Below, piece by piece: positions 60,831 through 64,000 of a DNA stretch of 64,000 nt. The notes under the pieces are model-generated. The model had not been told where the DNA came from and did not search any database. It saw nothing but the letters and a program-made list of their open reading frames with translations. The stretch is from an uncultured bacterium (GTDB lineage Bacteria > Auribacterota > Erginobacteria > Erginobacterales > Erginobacteraceae), in NCBI GenBank assembly GCA_963822585.1, contig CAWGIE010000026.1, positions 224,001 to 288,000 of the forward strand, in the 5' to 3' direction. The position numbers and the translations under genes were made by a program. The number at the start of each line of letters is the position of its first letter. Within the stretch, counting starts at the first letter, position 1.

Positions 60831-61772
60831 CTACGCTCTCTTTTCCCGGACTATATAAAGAGGACGATTGACGACCTCGGCATGAATGCTGGCAATGTAT
60901 AATGCCATCAATCCCAGACAGCTCAGAACGATGCCCACCAGGAACATGATAAAGACCGCCAGCATCGCCGGACCGGAAAAGTTCAATTGCAGGGGATCGT
61001 TGAGAATGAACCTTTCAATGAAGATAAACAACCCCAGGAACCCGGAAATAGCGGTAATCAGAAGCCCCAGATAACCGGCGATCTTGAGGGGGAAGAGACT
61101 GAGAGAAACGAAACTGTTCATGGCTAACCGGAGCAGTTTGAAGAAAGAATATCCCGGTTGTCCACCGGCCCGTTCTCCGGCCTTGAAGTAAATATAGGCC
61201 CTTTGGAACCCCAGCCAATCCAATAATCCCCGGGAGATCCGGTTTCTCTCCGTGAATTTATTAAATTCGTCGATCACGATTCTGTCCAACAGTCTGAAAT
61301 CCGTTTCGCCCGGTATGATATTTACTGAGGCGATCCGGTTGATAATCTTATAGAAAAGGGAGGAACCGGTTTTTTTAACCAGACCGCCATTGCCATTCTC
61401 TTCCCTGATCCCGATTACCGTCTCGGCCCCTTCTTCCCATTTCCTGATAAACTCGGGTATTAGCTCAACCGGATGCTGGAGATCGGCATCGATCATGATA
61501 CAGGCAGCTCCGCGGCAGTTATTGATTCCAGCGGTTAAAGCGACCTCTTTGCCGAAATTCCTGGATAATTCCACATATTTCACCCGGTCATCCGAGTCCG
61601 CCAGATCGGAAATTACCTGCTGGCTGGTATCCGTGCTGCCATCGTTCACAAAGATAATCTCCGGCTCATACTTTTCCCGGAGCTGTTCCCTGACCCCGGC
61701 AAGTTCGCGGTAGAGAAGAGGGATGTTCTTCTCTTCGTTATAGACAGGAATGATGAGGGATATTATTCTCAT
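60831..61772 (-). CDS. GT2 glycosyltransferase (GtrB/ArnC-like)
   Basis: IPVYNE, VNDGSTD, SRNFGKE, DADLQHP, two C-terminal TMs. Confidence 0.92.
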   Translation of the reverse strand: MRIISLIIPVYNEEKNIPLLYRELAGVREQLREKYEPEIIFVNDGSTDTSQQVISDLADSDDRVKYVELSRNFGKEVALTAGINNCRGAACIMIDADLQHPVELIPEFIRKWEEGAETVIGIREENGNGGLVKKTGSSLFYKIINRIASVNIIPGETDFRLLDRIVIDEFNKFTERNRISRGLLDWLGFQRAYIYFKAGERAGGQPGYSFFKLLRLAMNSFVSLSLFPLKIAGYLGLLITAISGFLGLFIFIERFILNDPLQLNFSGPAMLAVFIMFLVGIVLSCLGLMALYIASIHAEVVNRPLYIVREKRA

Positions 61773-61933
61773 ACTGTTTTCTTCGAAAAATAAGAATGTG
61801 AGGGTACGGCACCATCGATTACGACGTAAGCCCGCGCCGCGTAACCATTATCGAATTTACCGGGGAGAACCATTCTCTTCGCCCGGTTTTATGGACTTCC
61901 CCCTGATCGAGGATTAAATTTAACATAGTTAAG

Positions 61934-62976
61934 ATGTCCGATAAAAGCAAAATAAAAATCCAGCGAGAGCCTCTCGTCAGCATTATCATTGCTTTTCGCA
62001 ATCCCGGGGACTACCTCCGGGAATGTCTGGCGGCGATAAATAGATTACTTTATCGGAATTACAAGGTAATCCTTCTTCCCGATGACCCGATGGAAACGCC
62101 GGGGGAGGGGATAACGGTTATCCCTACCGGATCGATGGCTCCCCCCCTGAAAAGAGATGTCGGCGCCCGGGAAGCAGCCGGGGAGGTACTCGCTTTCATT
62201 GACGATGACGCTTATCCGCGGGAAGACTGGCTGAATAACGCGATCGGGGATTTTAATAATGACGCGGTTGCCGCCGTCGGGGGGCCGGCTTCCGCTCCCC
62301 CCTCTGACAATTTCTGGCAGAAAGCGGGGGACCGGGTGCTCTGCAGCTGGATGGTAGGCGGGGTCCATATCTATCGCCATATCCCCAAGCTGCGTAAAGA
62401 AGTGGATGATTATCCCACCTGCAACCTCCTGGTCCGGAAATCAACCTTCGATGCCGTCGGCGGGTTTGATTCGCCTTACTGGCCGGGGGAAGACACCATC
62501 CTCTGCTGGAAGCTCACTCATCGGGCGGGGAAGAAGATCATCTACGATCCCGATGTCCAGGTTTTCCATCATCGCCGCCCGCTCTTTAAAAAGCACTGGA
62601 AACAGATCGGCAATTACGGCCTCCACCGGGGATATTTCGTGAAAAAATTTCCTACAACATCCCGCCGGTTTAATTATTTTCTTCCTTCTCTCTGGACGAT
62701 CTTTCTTGCTTTCGGTTGGCTGCCGCTTCTCTTTCTTCCCGGCGGGAGTCATGTTCTACGCCGATCATTGTCCTCCTCTATATCCTGGCCGCTCTTATAA
62801 CCGGCGCCCGGAGTTTGAACTTCAGGACAGCAGTCATCGTAGCCACCGGGATCATAACCACCCACGTTGTTTATGGGATCAACTTCATCCGCGGCCTGCT
62901 GGTGAACCGGCTCCCCGAAGAAGCCATCGGCAATCCGATTCCCTCCCGCTCCCTTCCGGACAGCTTGAGCGACTGA
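61934..62976 (+). CDS. GT2 glycosyltransferase with C-terminal TMs, frameshift near 62735-62765
   Basis: AFIDDD, PTCNL, GEDT, HHRR; TM tail IIVLLYILAALITG...HVVYGINFIRGL continues in another frame. Confidence 0.8.
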
Positions 62977-63372
62977 GACATTTCATTATTTCCCTGAGAA
63001 AGATTGTTACCACCCCTCTGTCGGAAAATCTTTAACTCCTTTTAGATTAGATTTCGTCTTTTCCCTTTCGTTTGTTTGTAACTTAATAACGTCGATAACG
63101 GAAGATGAACGCCTTCCAAAATATTGCGAGCGAACTTTTTCCTTTTCCTAAAAAGCAAGATACAAATATTTATAATCATTGATCATTTTAATTAATATTT
63201 AGCCTTTGGAGAAATTTTTTACTTCCATTCCGATATCATGAAATGAGTTAGTCGTCTCTGGAAGTTATTGTTCAGGAGGTTAAGACACCAGGGGATACTA
63301 TTGCCACTTAAACGTTTTTCACCTTATATACATCATGTAAGTATATTTTCATGACCAAGCGGAATTTTTTCC

Positions 63373-63403
63373 TTGACTAATATAGTCATAGAGTTATCAT
63401 AAT
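63373..63403 (+). promoter_or_regulatory. Putative promoter with palindromic operator over -35
   Basis: TTGACT 63373-63378, TATCAT/CATAAT -10 candidates; TGACTA-ATA-TAGTCA palindrome 63374-63388. Confidence 0.5.
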
Positions 63404-63509
63404 AGCAACATCGAGATTATACTATGAGTTCTGATCACAATCTATAATCTCTATGGCTCTAGAATATCATGAAATTTCTTCTAGTCTTGAGCCTCTCTAA
63501 TTATTATCT

Positions 63510-63545
63510 ATCCAGTTCTGGACTTAATGTCCGGCTGGATTTTTT
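63510..63545 (+). terminator. Terminator-like hairpin in leader
   Basis: ATCCAGTTCTGGAC-TTAAT-GTCCGGCTGGAT followed by T-run. Confidence 0.6.
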
Positions 63546-63583
63546 GTTATTCGGAATAAAACATTAAAAAAGGAGGTTAGAAG

Positions 63584-64000
63584 ATGAAAAGATTGGGAAT
63601 TGGTGTGGTTGTTTTATTTGGTTTGAGTTTAGGGCTAATTTCTTATGCCGCTGACTTTAATGGAGACGGAACAAACGATATCGGTATATATCGTGTCAAC
63701 AGCGGGCTCTGGGCGATCCGGGGAGTGACCAGGGTATATTTCGGTTCTGCTTATGATGAGGCTATGCCCGGCGATTACAATGGTGATGGGATTGTCGACA
63801 TAGGCATTTTCAGACCGGCAAGCGGGCTCTGGGCAGTACGAGATATAACCCGGGTTTACTTTGGTGGTTTCACTGATGAACCATTGCCTGGGATAAGCAC
63901 GGGGAGAAGTTTTTGGAGTCAAACCGGCAACGATATTTACTACGCTAACGGCAACGTCGGCATCGGGACGACGACTCCACAGGCAAAACTCCACATAGCC
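63584..64000 (+). CDS. Secreted FG-GAP/VCBS-like repeat protein (partial, runs off window)
   Basis: AGGAGG SD; signal peptide; DFNGDGTNDIGIYR..SGLWAIRGVTRVYFG twice; then GNVGIGTTTPQAKLH; not in the ORF track. Confidence 0.85.
   Translation, partial: MKRLGIGVVVLFGLSLGLISYAADFNGDGTNDIGIYRVNSGLWAIRGVTRVYFGSAYDEAMPGDYNGDGIVDIGIFRPASGLWAVRDITRVYFGGFTDEPLPGISTGRSFWSQTGNDIYYANGNVGIGTTTPQAKLHIA

Overview
Bacterial chromosomal segment from a diderm organism (it has an OmpW-like beta-barrel and a sigma54 two-component pair; the FG-GAP-type repeat at the right edge tentatively suggests a PVC-adjacent uncultured lineage). 0.4-6.1 kb: arsenic/thiol-redox cluster (arsR, ArsP-like permease, two thioredoxin-like proteins, CcdA, CMD protein, acr3, Fe-S protein). 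6.3-10.9 kb: accessory genes (MBL hydrolase, PemK/MazF TA pair, truncated GIY-YIG, RsbW-GNAT fusion, M23 peptidase). 10.87-19.06 kb: integrase-less island bounded by a 23-bp duplication of the tmRNA 3' end. It carries a frameshifted AAA-ATPase/S8-protease (IetAS-like) pair, DUF2321- and DUF2971-like genes, a membrane-anchored TPR gene, and a self-contained ~115-nt transcription unit encoding an 8-aa peptide. 19.0-62.9 kb: tmRNA and mostly housekeeping genes (fmt, rsmB, proC, hom, lysC, cimA, valS, nadC, coaX, mnmA, recA, recX, alaS), tRNA-Pro(GGG) and one intact IS4-family element. The most unusual signals are non-coding: (i) a repeat-spacer array behind tRNA-Pro built from tRNA 3'-end copies with a 30-nt double hairpin inserted in the T-loop; (ii) roughly 20 intergenic elements made of 7-, 8- or 9-mer tandem runs, most closed by an inverted run; (iii) the micro-ORF transcript behind the TPR gene. 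All calls were made by eye from sequence motifs; no database search was run.
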